Assembly (NCBI GenBank): GCA_049472315.1
Contig: JBLIRN010000002.1
Span: 1-39,278, forward strand
DNA: 39,278 bases
Direction of reading: 5' to 3'
From: a bacterium
GTDB taxonomy: Bacteria; SZUA-182; DTGQ01; JAFGSM01
Shown here one piece after another: positions 8,734 to 17,569 of this stretch (positions within the stretch are counted from its first letter, which is position 1; every line of letters starts with the position of its first letter). Below the pieces are notes generated by a model. It was not told where the DNA came from. It was given only the letters and a program-made list of their open reading frames with translations, and did not search any database. The position numbers and the translations under genes are program-made.

Positions 8734-9503
8734 GTTCACGTCATTGTATATAATGGTGTCATTTGTACGCTGCACCCAAAAGGACCCTGCAAGGCACTGG
8801 TTCCTTATGGATGGCATGTTTCGTACACAACAGCGTATGAAATAAGGGATCGAGCAGGCCCCTTCCGCTCACCGCAGGCGTAATCATCCCTCTTCGGCCG
8901 GTTTGATCCCCTATCATATACCTTTTTTCCCTTTAGTCAATATGTGTAACTCCCTCCCAATGGGCGTCAAGTGCCCGTATTCATGCATCCGATCATCGAT
9001 CATACTATCCATTGCCCCTCTTTTTCGCATGTTTTTGTGGAATATTTGCAAAATGTTTGCCACAGGCAGTGGGCCTGCACTCTCACGAGGGTACACACAT
9101 GGATTCTCAATGGAGGGCACGGCAGGGAGGTCTCGCGAATTTCCATTGTATGTGCCGTATTGGTTGACAATTGTGTTGATAGTGAATCATTATTTTGCAA
9201 CAAGTTGCAACGTTTTCCGCGCGGGGCGCTGTCAGCGGTCCTTTTATAAGATTAATTTTCAAGAGGTTATAGCTGATACCCGCACGGGCATATGAAATGC
9301 AGTATATCGTGAAACATAGTAGTCACATAACCACATATTCATGCAATTCGTTCTCTTCCCATCCATTGTATGGCATGTCACGCCTTTCTCTCGGATGCGA
9401 AGCTGAACCTTTTCAATCCCCTGCTTGCGAAGGCTTGCGTATGCCTTGCAGTAGTAAATTATAAATTATTAGTTTAATCGAAAATATAATTGCGACGATA
9501 TCG

Positions 9504-9532
9504 TTGACAAAGTATATATCCCGTGATAAGCT
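9504..9532 (+). promoter_or_regulatory. Sigma70 promoter of the mrp-like operon (TTGACA-17-TGnTAAGCT)
   Basis: TTGACA 9504-9509, TG 9524-9525, TAAGCT 9527-9532, with an AT-rich tract upstream. Confidence 0.65.
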
Positions 9533-9564
9533 ACACCTTCACATAACAGCATCGTCATATGTAT

Positions 9565-9611
9565 GCACGGTATGGTTGACGCCTTACCGTGCTTGTTAGG
9601 AAGGCGTAGAT
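9565..9611 (+). ncRNA. Candidate riboswitch aptamer (H-type pseudoknot), resembling the Na+-I/DUF1646 class
   Basis: Stem GCACGGTA (9565-9572)/TACCGTGC (9585-9592). Loop is T-GGTTG-ACGCCT. ACGCCT (9579-9584) pairs with AGGCGT (9602-9607), followed by AGAT. It lies between the promoter and mrpE. Confidence 0.55.
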
Positions 9612-9645
9612 AGCACAGGGGTATTGCGTAAGGAGCGGATCTATA

Positions 9646-10209
9646 TTGTCCAGCTTTTTCCGGAAAGACGCCAAGGAATTCCTGGTAACCCTGCTGTTCG
9701 TTCTGGTTTTCTGGTTCACCATCATCAGTTTTCCCGAAAGTCCCTTGTCCGTATTAGGCCTCAAGAATCTTCTGGGACACCTGATTCTGGGCAGTATTTT
9801 TGCGGTTATTGTGACCTTTGTTTCACCCTATCCCATCTTGACCAGTAAACAGATCGATCTGTATTTCCACACCGGCACCATACTTCGGTTTCTCGGCTAT
9901 ATCAGCCGTCTCACCGTGGATATTCTCCTTGCGGGAATAGATGTGGCCCGGAGGGTTATGAGGCCGAAGCTTCTTATCTCTCCCGGCATCGTCGAATTCG
10001 AGACCCCGCTTTCCGAGGATATAGAAATCGCCTTGAATGCAAATTCAATCACGCTCACCCCGGGCACCATCACCATCGACGCGCAAAAGACCCCGCACGG
10101 GAGCCGGTTCCTGGTCCATTGCATAAGCCAGGATGCGGTGGAGGCCACCCTCAGGGAAGGCGGATTCGTCAAGCGGATACAGGATTGCCTTTATTCGGAG
10201 GGGCAATGA
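9646..10209 (+). CDS. mrpE: Na+/H+ antiporter subunit E (MrpE/MbhA-like)
   Basis: AGIDVARRV..ISPGIV..ALNANSITLTPGTITID..FLVHCI; TTG start after AAGGAG. Confidence 0.9.
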   Translation: MSSFFRKDAKEFLVTLLFVLVFWFTIISFPESPLSVLGLKNLLGHLILGSIFAVIVTFVSPYPILTSKQIDLYFHTGTILRFLGYISRLTVDILLAGIDVARRVMRPKLLISPGIVEFETPLSEDIEIALNANSITLTPGTITIDAQKTPHGSRFLVHCISQDAVEATLREGGFVKRIQDCLYSEGQ

Positions 10210-10481
10210 TCGAATTCCTCTTTATCCTGAAGCTGGCCATCGCCGTCCTTTCCATCACCATCTTTTTCTGCCTGTACCGGGCGATACTCGGCCCCACAAC
10301 CGCCGACCGGATCATTGGGATCAATGTGGTGGGAAGCAAGTCCACCATCGCACTGGTGTTTCTTGCGGCCATTTTTCAAAAGACCTCCTTTCTGGATATC
10401 GCCCTTCTATATGCCATGCTGGTGTATGTCACCACCCTGGCCTTTGTCAAGTATCTCGAACACAGGGAACTCGGTGATTAG
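10206..10481 (+). CDS. mrpF: Na+/H+ antiporter subunit F (MrpF/MbhB-like)
   Basis: LYRAILGPTTADRIIGIN..FLDIALLYAML..TLAFVKYLE; ATGA overlap with the mrpE stop. Confidence 0.9.
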   Translation: MIEFLFILKLAIAVLSITIFFCLYRAILGPTTADRIIGINVVGSKSTIALVFLAAIFQKTSFLDIALLYAMLVYVTTLAFVKYLEHRELGD

Positions 10482-10484
10482 GCG

Positions 10485-10853
10485 ATGATATATCTACAAA
10501 CCATCCTACGATTCCTTGCCGGTCTGTTCATCCTGGGAGGGGTATTCTTTTTCGTGTGTGCCACCGTGGGGGTCATTCGTATGCCCGATTCGTACAACCG
10601 GGCGCATACGGCCGGAAAGGGGGACAGTCCGGGACTTCTCCTCTCCCTCCTCGGGGTGTGGCTCTACTGGTTGACCATCAACCCGATCGAGAGCATCAAG
10701 GTCCTTATTATCCTGGTATTTATGCTCCTCGCAAACCCGATTGTGGTGCATTCGATCCTGCGGTTTTGCTTCAAGACGAGGATCCCCTGGACAAGGGAAA
10801 CCACCTTTCATATGCTCAAAGACACAACGCATTCCCCGAAAAAGGAGGTATGA
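10485..10853 (+). CDS. mrpG: Na+/H+ antiporter subunit G (MrpG/MbhC-like)
   Basis: VGVIRMPDSYNRAHTAGKGDSPG..LLANPIVVHSI. Confidence 0.9.
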   Translation: MIYLQTILRFLAGLFILGGVFFFVCATVGVIRMPDSYNRAHTAGKGDSPGLLLSLLGVWLYWLTINPIESIKVLIILVFMLLANPIVVHSILRFCFKTRIPWTRETTFHMLKDTTHSPKKEV

Positions 10854-10855
10854 CG

Positions 10856-11104
10856 ATGGATCTTGTGCTCGTGGCCCATCTGGTGATTCTTGTATTTCTT
10901 ATATGCACCGCCTTGGCAGCCATTGTGAGCAAGGATCTCCTCGAGACGGTCATCATCTTCAATGCATACAGCTTCACCATAGCAGTGACGTACAGTATCC
11001 TGAGGGCCGTTGATGTGGCCATGACCGAGGCGGCCGTAGGTGCCGGGATATCCAGCATTCTCTTTGTCGCAGCCCTGTGCAAGACAAAAAGAAGGGAGGA
11101 GTGA
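10856..11104 (+). CDS. DUF4040 / MnhB-related small subunit (MbhD-like)
   Basis: SKDLLETVII..LRAVDVAMTEAAVGAGISSILF; GGAGG 7 nt before ATG 10856. Confidence 0.85.
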   Translation: MDLVLVAHLVILVFLICTALAAIVSKDLLETVIIFNAYSFTIAVTYSILRAVDVAMTEAAVGAGISSILFVAALCKTKRREE

Positions 11105-11430
11105 TGAAGCGTTTTGTCCCGGTGGTGCTCTTTTGCATATTCGGCATCGTCATGATTGCAGCCGTTCTCACCCTGGCGCCGGTTGGTGATCCCCACCAGC
11201 CCGGCTATGCGGAATTCGTTCACCCGGAGGTCCCCTTCGAGGAGATCGTCAAGGAGCGGGAAACGGTCGCCCTCCACTATAACCGCAACGGCGCGTATGA
11301 TACCGGTGCCCTCGATATCATTACCGCCGTTATCTTCGACTATCGCGGGTATGATACCCTTTTTGAGACCACCGTCCTTTTTACCGCCCTCATCAGCGTC
11401 CTTGCCATTATTGGGATCAACAAGGAATAG
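11104..11430 (+). CDS. MbhE-like subunit (stand-alone MrpA C-terminal/MrpB-related module)
   Basis: DIITAVIFDYRGYDTLFETTVLF matches the N-V-TA..DYRGxDTxxE motif; start overlaps the upstream stop. Confidence 0.85.
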   Translation: MKRFVPVVLFCIFGIVMIAAVLTLAPVGDPHQPGYAEFVHPEVPFEEIVKERETVALHYNRNGAYDTGALDIITAVIFDYRGYDTLFETTVLFTALISVLAIIGINKE

Positions 11431-11534
11431 GGCATGGCAGGGAGATGCGCGAGACGGACGCGTGTATGAAGGGAATTGCATACAACGGTGTGTCACGAGG
11501 TTTTGTTGAATGGTAACGCAGGAAAGGAACGCAG

Positions 11535-12077
11535 ATGGGAGACAAAACAAAAGAGCCCGAATATAAGACGAGTTTGGTGATTCAGACCGTGACCCGGATG
11601 ATGATCCCGTTCCTGCTCATGTTCGGATTATCCGTGATGGCACATGGGCATCTTACTCCGGGAGGGGGCTTCCAGGGAGGGGTGATTATCGGGGCATCCT
11701 TCATCCTCCTGGGACTGGCATTCAACAAGGACGAGGGGCGGCGGGCCGTGCCCGAGGGAAAAATCAAGTGCCTTGCCTCCTCAGGGATCCTTGTCTATAT
11801 GATCGTTGGTCTCGTTGGAATAGTTGCCGGATACAGCTTTCTGGCAAACAGGAGCATCAATTTCCCTCCGGTCGGCGAATTGGGCGGACTTTTCAGCGGC
11901 GGCACGCTCATGTGGATAAACATTGGGGTGGGCATTACAGTGTCGGGCGTGGCCATTGAATTGTTTTACGCCTTCCTGGAAGAAAAACGCGATCCGGCTT
12001 ACTACAAAAACAAAAAGACTGTGCATGAGAAAAGGAGATGGTCAGATGGCGGGGTTTCTGAATCTTCTTCTGACTAG
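11535..12077 (+). CDS. mrpB: Na+/H+ antiporter subunit B (MnhB domain, MbhF-like)
   Basis: HGHLTPGGGFQGGVI..SGGTLMWINIGVGITV. Confidence 0.9.
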   Translation: MGDKTKEPEYKTSLVIQTVTRMMIPFLLMFGLSVMAHGHLTPGGGFQGGVIIGASFILLGLAFNKDEGRRAVPEGKIKCLASSGILVYMIVGLVGIVAGYSFLANRSINFPPVGELGGLFSGGTLMWINIGVGITVSGVAIELFYAFLEEKRDPAYYKNKKTVHEKRRWSDGGVSESSSD

Positions 12078-12456
12078 GATGGATTATATCGTTACGGTGA
12101 TCCTCTTCTGCATCGGGCTATATGCCCTGGTCGTCAAGCCGAATCTGATCAAGAAGATGATCGGCATGAATATCGTGGAGACCTCCGTGTATTTGTTTCT
12201 CGTCGCCTCCGCCGATGTGCGGCTGGGGGCTGCGACCAGGTTTTGGGCGCACCCCAATGAGATCTTGAATGCGCAGGAGGCGGCCCATGCAGCGGCCGGG
12301 GAGCTGGTGATGGTGAATCCCATTCCCTCAGCCCTTGTCCTGACCGCAATCGTGGTGAGTGTGAGTGTGACTGCGGTCTCGTTGAGCCTTGCGGTGAAGA
12401 TTTATGAGAATTACGGGACGCTGGATACCCGGAAAATTATGAGATTGAGAGGATAG
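12046..12456 (+). CDS. mrpC: Na+/H+ antiporter subunit C (MrpC/NuoK-like)
   Basis: IGLYALVVKPNLIKKMIGMNIVETSVYLF..NPIPSALVLTAIVV; AAGGAG before ATG 12046. Confidence 0.9.
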   Translation: MAGFLNLLLTRMDYIVTVILFCIGLYALVVKPNLIKKMIGMNIVETSVYLFLVASADVRLGAATRFWAHPNEILNAQEAAHAAAGELVMVNPIPSALVLTAIVVSVSVTAVSLSLAVKIYENYGTLDTRKIMRLRG

Positions 12457-12463
12457 CACTCCC

Positions 12464-14029
12464 ATGGAAATCCCCCTGGAACAGGCAGGTTCGCAGCTTC
12501 AGATCTTTGTCCCCATTTGCCTTATCTTTGCGGCGGTCATCATGCCCATCATCGCACGCCTGGCGCGACGCCTGAGAGAGCCCCTCTATCTGCTTGCGAC
12601 GACCTTAGCCGCAATAATGTCTACGATCATATTTGTAAAGGTCCTTAGATCGCCGATCGGCTATTTGGAATACTTTGTGGGATATGGGTGGCGCGGCGCC
12701 CGTATCCTGAATACCGGCCAGCCCATAGGTATCGTCTTGAGGACCGACCTGTTCGGGGCCATCCTGCTCATCCTGATCAATGGAATCGGCTTGCTCTCCT
12801 CCATTTATTCGGTGCCGTACATCGAGCACGGGGTGCCGAAATCGAGGCACACCTATTATTATACCCTCTTTCTCCTGATGCTCGGGGGCATGTCGGGGAT
12901 TGCCATCACCGGTGACATATTCAACTTTTACGTATTCTTCGAAATCGCATCCATCAGTTCCTATGCACTGGTATCCATCACAGGAAAGGCGGAATCCCTG
13001 GAGGCGACCTTCAAATACCTCCTGGTAGGGGCACTGAGTTCAATCTTCATTGTCTTTGCCATAGGGCTCCTGTTCAATGCGACGGGAACCCTCAACATGC
13101 AGTATGCAGCAAAGCAGGTCGCCAAGATCGTGACCAGCGAACCCGGATCGTTCATCTATCCCTTACGGTATCTGGTCTTCGCATCCTTGGGCCTTTTTAT
13201 CATGGGGTTCAGCGTCAAGGCGGCCCTTTTCCCGGGACACGCGTGGCTCGCCGATGCCCATCCGGTTGCCCCTTCCGCCATCAGCGCCCTTTTGTCGGGT
13301 CTGGTGATAAAGGCAACCGGCATATTTCCGCTGGTGCGTTTTTTGTTCGGCATCTTTGCAATTCACAGCGGCTACTACGGGAGGCTTTTGAGGCCGCTGT
13401 TTTTGACCATCGCGGTGATCACCATGGTGGGCGGCTCCTTCTTTGCCATTGCCCAGACAAAGCTCAAGCGCATGCTTGCCTTTTCCACCATCGCGCAGGT
13501 GGGGTACATCATGTTCGGTATCGGCCTGATCACCCATTTCGGCCTTGCCGGCTCCATACTGCACATCATCAACCATGCGATCGTGAAGGGCCTGCTCTTT
13601 CTCGTCTCCGGGATCATCATCTACAAGACCGGAATCACCGAGATTGCCGACATGGGAAAGCTCGGGTACAGGATGCCCTTGACCATGACCTGTTTCGCCA
13701 TCGGCGCCTGCTCCATGGTGGGGGTCCCCCCCCTGAGCGGATTCATGAGCAAGTGGGTTCTGGCCAACGCCGCCTACCAGGCGGGTCTGCCCTTTTTGAT
13801 CTTCTTCCTGCTCCTGAGCAGTCTCCTGAACGCCGTATATTATTTCAGGGTGGTCGCCATCTCCTACTTCGGGATACCCAAGATAGACATTCAAAAGAGG
13901 GACGAGGCCCCTGTGCTGATGCAGATACCGGTGATCATCCTGACCTTCTTGGTCGTGCTGATCGGCATATTGATTAAGTTCCCGTTTGATAAGGCCGCCA
14001 TGCCGGCGGCTCTGCTGGTATTGAAGTAG
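12464..14029 (+). CDS. mrpD: Proton-conducting antiporter subunit, MrpD-like (copy 1)
   Basis: TGDIFNFYVFFEIAS, SVKAALFPGHAWLADAHP, KRMLAFST, NHAIVKGLLF, GVPPLSGFMSKW. Confidence 0.9.
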   Translation: MEIPLEQAGSQLQIFVPICLIFAAVIMPIIARLARRLREPLYLLATTLAAIMSTIIFVKVLRSPIGYLEYFVGYGWRGARILNTGQPIGIVLRTDLFGAILLILINGIGLLSSIYSVPYIEHGVPKSRHTYYYTLFLLMLGGMSGIAITGDIFNFYVFFEIASISSYALVSITGKAESLEATFKYLLVGALSSIFIVFAIGLLFNATGTLNMQYAAKQVAKIVTSEPGSFIYPLRYLVFASLGLFIMGFSVKAALFPGHAWLADAHPVAPSAISALLSGLVIKATGIFPLVRFLFGIFAIHSGYYGRLLRPLFLTIAVITMVGGSFFAIAQTKLKRMLAFSTIAQVGYIMFGIGLITHFGLAGSILHIINHAIVKGLLFLVSGIIIYKTGITEIADMGKLGYRMPLTMTCFAIGACSMVGVPPLSGFMSKWVLANAAYQAGLPFLIFFLLLSSLLNAVYYFRVVAISYFGIPKIDIQKRDEAPVLMQIPVIILTFLVVLIGILIKFPFDKAAMPAALLVLK

Positions 14030-14193
14030 CCCTCCGTGCGGAGGATAATAAAAACCAAGGGCATGAAGGGGTTGTATACGAAACCCCATGAAAGGGATAT
14101 TACAACGTAACCATTATTCACCGGATGCACGGCATGGGTGAAATGTATAGTCAATACGTGAAAATGACGATTAGGCTCTAAGGAGGATTATCA

Positions 14194-15714
14194 ATGTTAG
14201 CGGAGAGCTACCTGCCTTTACTTGCGGTTATGTTTCCTCTGGTTGCGATCGTTTTTCGGCCCTTCGTAGAAAAGCACCGGTACTATCACTACACCCTTAT
14301 CGTCAGCATGGTGACCATGATTATCGTCATCATCATGTATCCCTCAATACGGGCGGGTAATATCTTGAATATGAGCCTTGATACCGGACTCGGATTCAAT
14401 TTTGTCTTTCGTGCGGACATGCTCGGCTTTTTTGTGGGAATGCTCTCCATACTCCTCTGGACCCTCTCCTCGTTATACGCCATCGAGTACATGAAGGAAT
14501 CCCATGCCCATGGCAGGTACAACATCTTTTCCCTGCTCTCCCTGGGGGGGATGATGGGCGTTGTGTTTACCGGAAACCTCTTCACACTCTATATATTCTT
14601 TGAGCTGTTGAGCGTGGCATCGGCAATACTGGTCTTTCATGAAGAGACCCCCGAGGCGATGAAGGCAGGGTTCAAATATCTCTTCCTGGGAATCGCGGGA
14701 GGGCTCGTATTGCTCTTCGGAATCATTATGACATACGAGATCGCCGGCACCGGCGACCTCACCATGATCGGGATCGGTATCCAGGAAAGCAAATGGGTAC
14801 CCTTTATCTTCTGGAGCTTTATCATCGGGTTCGGGGTCAAGGCGGGTATGTTCCCCATGCACATATGGCTCCCGTCCGCCCATCCCGTTGCCCCCTCGCC
14901 TGCCAGTGCGCTTCTTTCAGGGGTCATGATCAAGGCGGGGGCCTACGGCATATTCAAGACCATTTACAATATTCTCGGGCATACGGAAATCGTCAATCAC
15001 CACATGGGGCTCATCTTTCCCCTGCTGATACTGGCGCTCATCACCATATTCCTCGGCTCCGCCTGTGCCATAACCCAGACCGAAATAAAGAAGATGCTGG
15101 CCTATTCCAGCATCTCCCAGATCGGCTATGTCATCATGGGCATCAGCCTGCTGTCTCCCACCGGGATTGTGGGGGGGCTGCTCCATGTCTTTGCGCATGC
15201 CTTCATGAAGGGCACCCTGTTTATGTGCGCCGGCGCCTTTATCCATCAAACCGGTCTGCGGGAGTTGGAGGACTTGAAGGGTATAGGCAAGCGGATGCCG
15301 TTTACAACCATCTGCTTCAGTGTCTGCGCCCTCTCCATGATCGGGCTTCCTCCGTTCATCGGATTCATCAGCAAATGGTTTCTCGCCATGGGTTCCCTCG
15401 AGGCCATGCGGCTGGGATATTACTGGCCGGGAATAGGGTTCATCGCGCTCCTCACCCTCCTCCTGAGCAGCCTTTTAAATCTCGTCTATTACGGACCTGT
15501 GGTCATAGGGGCATGGATGCACGGAGCCGAGGAGCATGAACATGAGTCGGACACGAAGGAGGCCGCTTCGTCGGATTCCGGAAAAACAGACGAGGCGAAT
15601 AAGATCATGCTCGCCCCCATGTTGCTTCTTTCCATCGGGGTATTCTTTTTCGGCATATCGCCGAAGCTTCCCCTCGATTTTGTCCGTAAGATCAGCAAGA
15701 TTTTCTTCCCATGA
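14194..15714 (+). CDS. Proton-conducting antiporter subunit, MrpD-like (copy 2)
   Basis: LYIFFELLS, GVKAGMFPMHIWLPSAHP, VMIKAGAY, KKMLAYSS, GLPPFIGFISKW; strong AAGGAGG RBS. Confidence 0.9.
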   Translation: MLAESYLPLLAVMFPLVAIVFRPFVEKHRYYHYTLIVSMVTMIIVIIMYPSIRAGNILNMSLDTGLGFNFVFRADMLGFFVGMLSILLWTLSSLYAIEYMKESHAHGRYNIFSLLSLGGMMGVVFTGNLFTLYIFFELLSVASAILVFHEETPEAMKAGFKYLFLGIAGGLVLLFGIIMTYEIAGTGDLTMIGIGIQESKWVPFIFWSFIIGFGVKAGMFPMHIWLPSAHPVAPSPASALLSGVMIKAGAYGIFKTIYNILGHTEIVNHHMGLIFPLLILALITIFLGSACAITQTEIKKMLAYSSISQIGYVIMGISLLSPTGIVGGLLHVFAHAFMKGTLFMCAGAFIHQTGLRELEDLKGIGKRMPFTTICFSVCALSMIGLPPFIGFISKWFLAMGSLEAMRLGYYWPGIGFIALLTLLLSSLLNLVYYGPVVIGAWMHGAEEHEHESDTKEAASSDSGKTDEANKIMLAPMLLLSIGVFFFGISPKLPLDFVRKISKIFFP

Positions 15715-15735
15715 TGAACAACAAAGAACGCACTG

Positions 15736-16545
15736 ATGAAAAGGACGCATATGAAAATGAGTGGTAATCGTTGCCTCCTCCTCATCGCTGTGATGGCGGC
15801 ACTGAGCCTGCTTCCCTGCGGAAGGGTCCTGGGAACCGAACACGGACGGGGAGGGGAACGCCAGGCACCTCATGAGACGGCACTGGAGACGAATACGGAT
15901 CCGTATCATGAGGAGGGAATTCACGCAGGGGCCTTCCCTGCGGAAAACGCACATGGGATTGAGCATCATGGGTCACCTCCCCTGCACGGGGAAGAGGTGC
16001 ATCACGACGGTTCTCATTTTGAAGGTGAGGGCAGTCACAGTCAGGAAATTCATCAGGTGAAGGAAGGGGAACATATTGAGACTGAGGTTGGCCATGGGGA
16101 CGCCCATTCATATCATGCAGTGGATGGAGGGTCCCTTCACCTGGAATCGGAGGATGCCCACGGTACATCCGCCGGGGATGGAGGGCATGGGCACGAGGCC
16201 GAGGCCGCAACGGTTCCCCTGGTATACCTTCTCTATTGGGGGCTTTTGATCCTGATTATGGTGATCATACTGATCTATTTCGTATACCGGGTAAAACGCA
16301 CCCAGTCGAGATCCTTTGTAGCCCTGGCCGTCTTTTTGGCGCTCTTTGCCGTTTCGGTGTATCTTATCGAGATATTCGTTCCTGTCTTCAGCGGCAGATT
16401 CGACCCTGGTGCCATGAGGGTGGTTCATGAGTTTCACGAGGGAAACGGGCTGGGATCCCTTCGGTTTTTCTATAAATTCCTGCTCGGGGTTCTCCTGAGC
16501 ATTTTTGCATTGCTGAACCTGGACAGGAAAAAATATTTTCACTAA
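15736..16545 (+). CDS. His-rich membrane protein (signal peptide, His/Glu/Gly-rich ectodomain, 3 TM helices)
   Basis: Hydrophobic N-terminus, about 21 His in about 125 residues, then three hydrophobic helices. Confidence 0.75.
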   Translation: MKRTHMKMSGNRCLLLIAVMAALSLLPCGRVLGTEHGRGGERQAPHETALETNTDPYHEEGIHAGAFPAENAHGIEHHGSPPLHGEEVHHDGSHFEGEGSHSQEIHQVKEGEHIETEVGHGDAHSYHAVDGGSLHLESEDAHGTSAGDGGHGHEAEAATVPLVYLLYWGLLILIMVIILIYFVYRVKRTQSRSFVALAVFLALFAVSVYLIEIFVPVFSGRFDPGAMRVVHEFHEGNGLGSLRFFYKFLLGVLLSIFALLNLDRKKYFH

Positions 16546-16567
16546 ACACATTGAAAATCTGTGGTGA

Positions 16568-17557
16568 ATGAAAAAGACACATAACAAAAACGATTGCACT
16601 GAGACAACAAAGGTTCTGGTTGTTGATGATGATCCTGCAACGAGGGACATCATACGGCTGAGTCTCAGTCCCCTTGGGTATCATATAAGCGAGGCGGTAA
16701 CGGGGACGGAGGTCCTGGAAAAGGTGATCATAGAGAATCCGGATATCATCATATTGGACGTCATGCTGCCGGAGAAATCGGGCTTCGAGGTCTGCCGCTA
16801 TCTCAAGGAGAGCGCCATAACCGCGCATCTGCCCATCATCATGCTGACCGCCAAGCAGGACCTCGCCGATAAGCTGACCGGATTGGACACGGGGGCGGAT
16901 GACTATGTGATCAAACCCTTCGATCCGATGGAGCTGGAGGCACGAATCAAGGCGCTTCTGAGAAAAACACGACGCGACCTTTCCGCCAGTCCCCTCACCC
17001 GTCTGCCCGGAAGCGTGGCGATCGAGAAGGAGATTCAGCGGGTGATCGACGAGAAGGAGCCCTTTGCAGCCGTGTTCATAGACCTGGATAATTTCAAGGC
17101 ATACAACGACAATTACGGGTATGCCGCGGGAAACCGCATCATCACCTTTACCGCGCATACCATCATGACCGCGGTCAAACGATACGGCAATCCCCACGAC
17201 TTCATCGGACATATCGGCGGGGACGATTTCGTGTGTTTGTCCACCCCTGATTGTGTTGACAAGCTCTGCCAGGAAATCATCCGTATCTTCGATCAGCTTA
17301 TTCATCTGCACTATCGTGAGGAGGACCTGAAGAGGGGGTATATCGTCAATGAGGATCGACGGGGGGTGACCAGACGATTTCCGCTTATGACCATAACCCT
17401 GGTGGTCATCACCAATGAGGAGACCACCTTTGATCACCATTTGCAGGTTTCTGAAAAGGCCGCGGAATTAAAACGGCATGTGAAGATGCTTGCAGGAAGC
17501 AACTACCGCAAGGACAGGCGCAGGGGTAAGTCTGCGCTTCAACCCAGTCTCGAATAG
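16568..17557 (+). CDS. Response regulator receiver-modulated diguanylate cyclase (REC-GGDEF)
   Basis: VLVVDDD..IILDVMLP..MLTAK..GADDYVIKPF; SPLTRLPG..DLDNFKAYND..GHIGGDDF. Confidence 0.92.
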   Translation: MKKTHNKNDCTETTKVLVVDDDPATRDIIRLSLSPLGYHISEAVTGTEVLEKVIIENPDIIILDVMLPEKSGFEVCRYLKESAITAHLPIIMLTAKQDLADKLTGLDTGADDYVIKPFDPMELEARIKALLRKTRRDLSASPLTRLPGSVAIEKEIQRVIDEKEPFAAVFIDLDNFKAYNDNYGYAAGNRIITFTAHTIMTAVKRYGNPHDFIGHIGGDDFVCLSTPDCVDKLCQEIIRIFDQLIHLHYREEDLKRGYIVNEDRRGVTRRFPLMTITLVVITNEETTFDHHLQVSEKAAELKRHVKMLAGSNYRKDRRRGKSALQPSLE

Positions 17558-17569
17558 AATGCGGGCGGT

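Noticed and set aside
8903..9295. Short ORFs in the divergent intergenic region
   Set aside because: No RBS, atypical AT-rich composition and no motifs; better explained as regulatory DNA.
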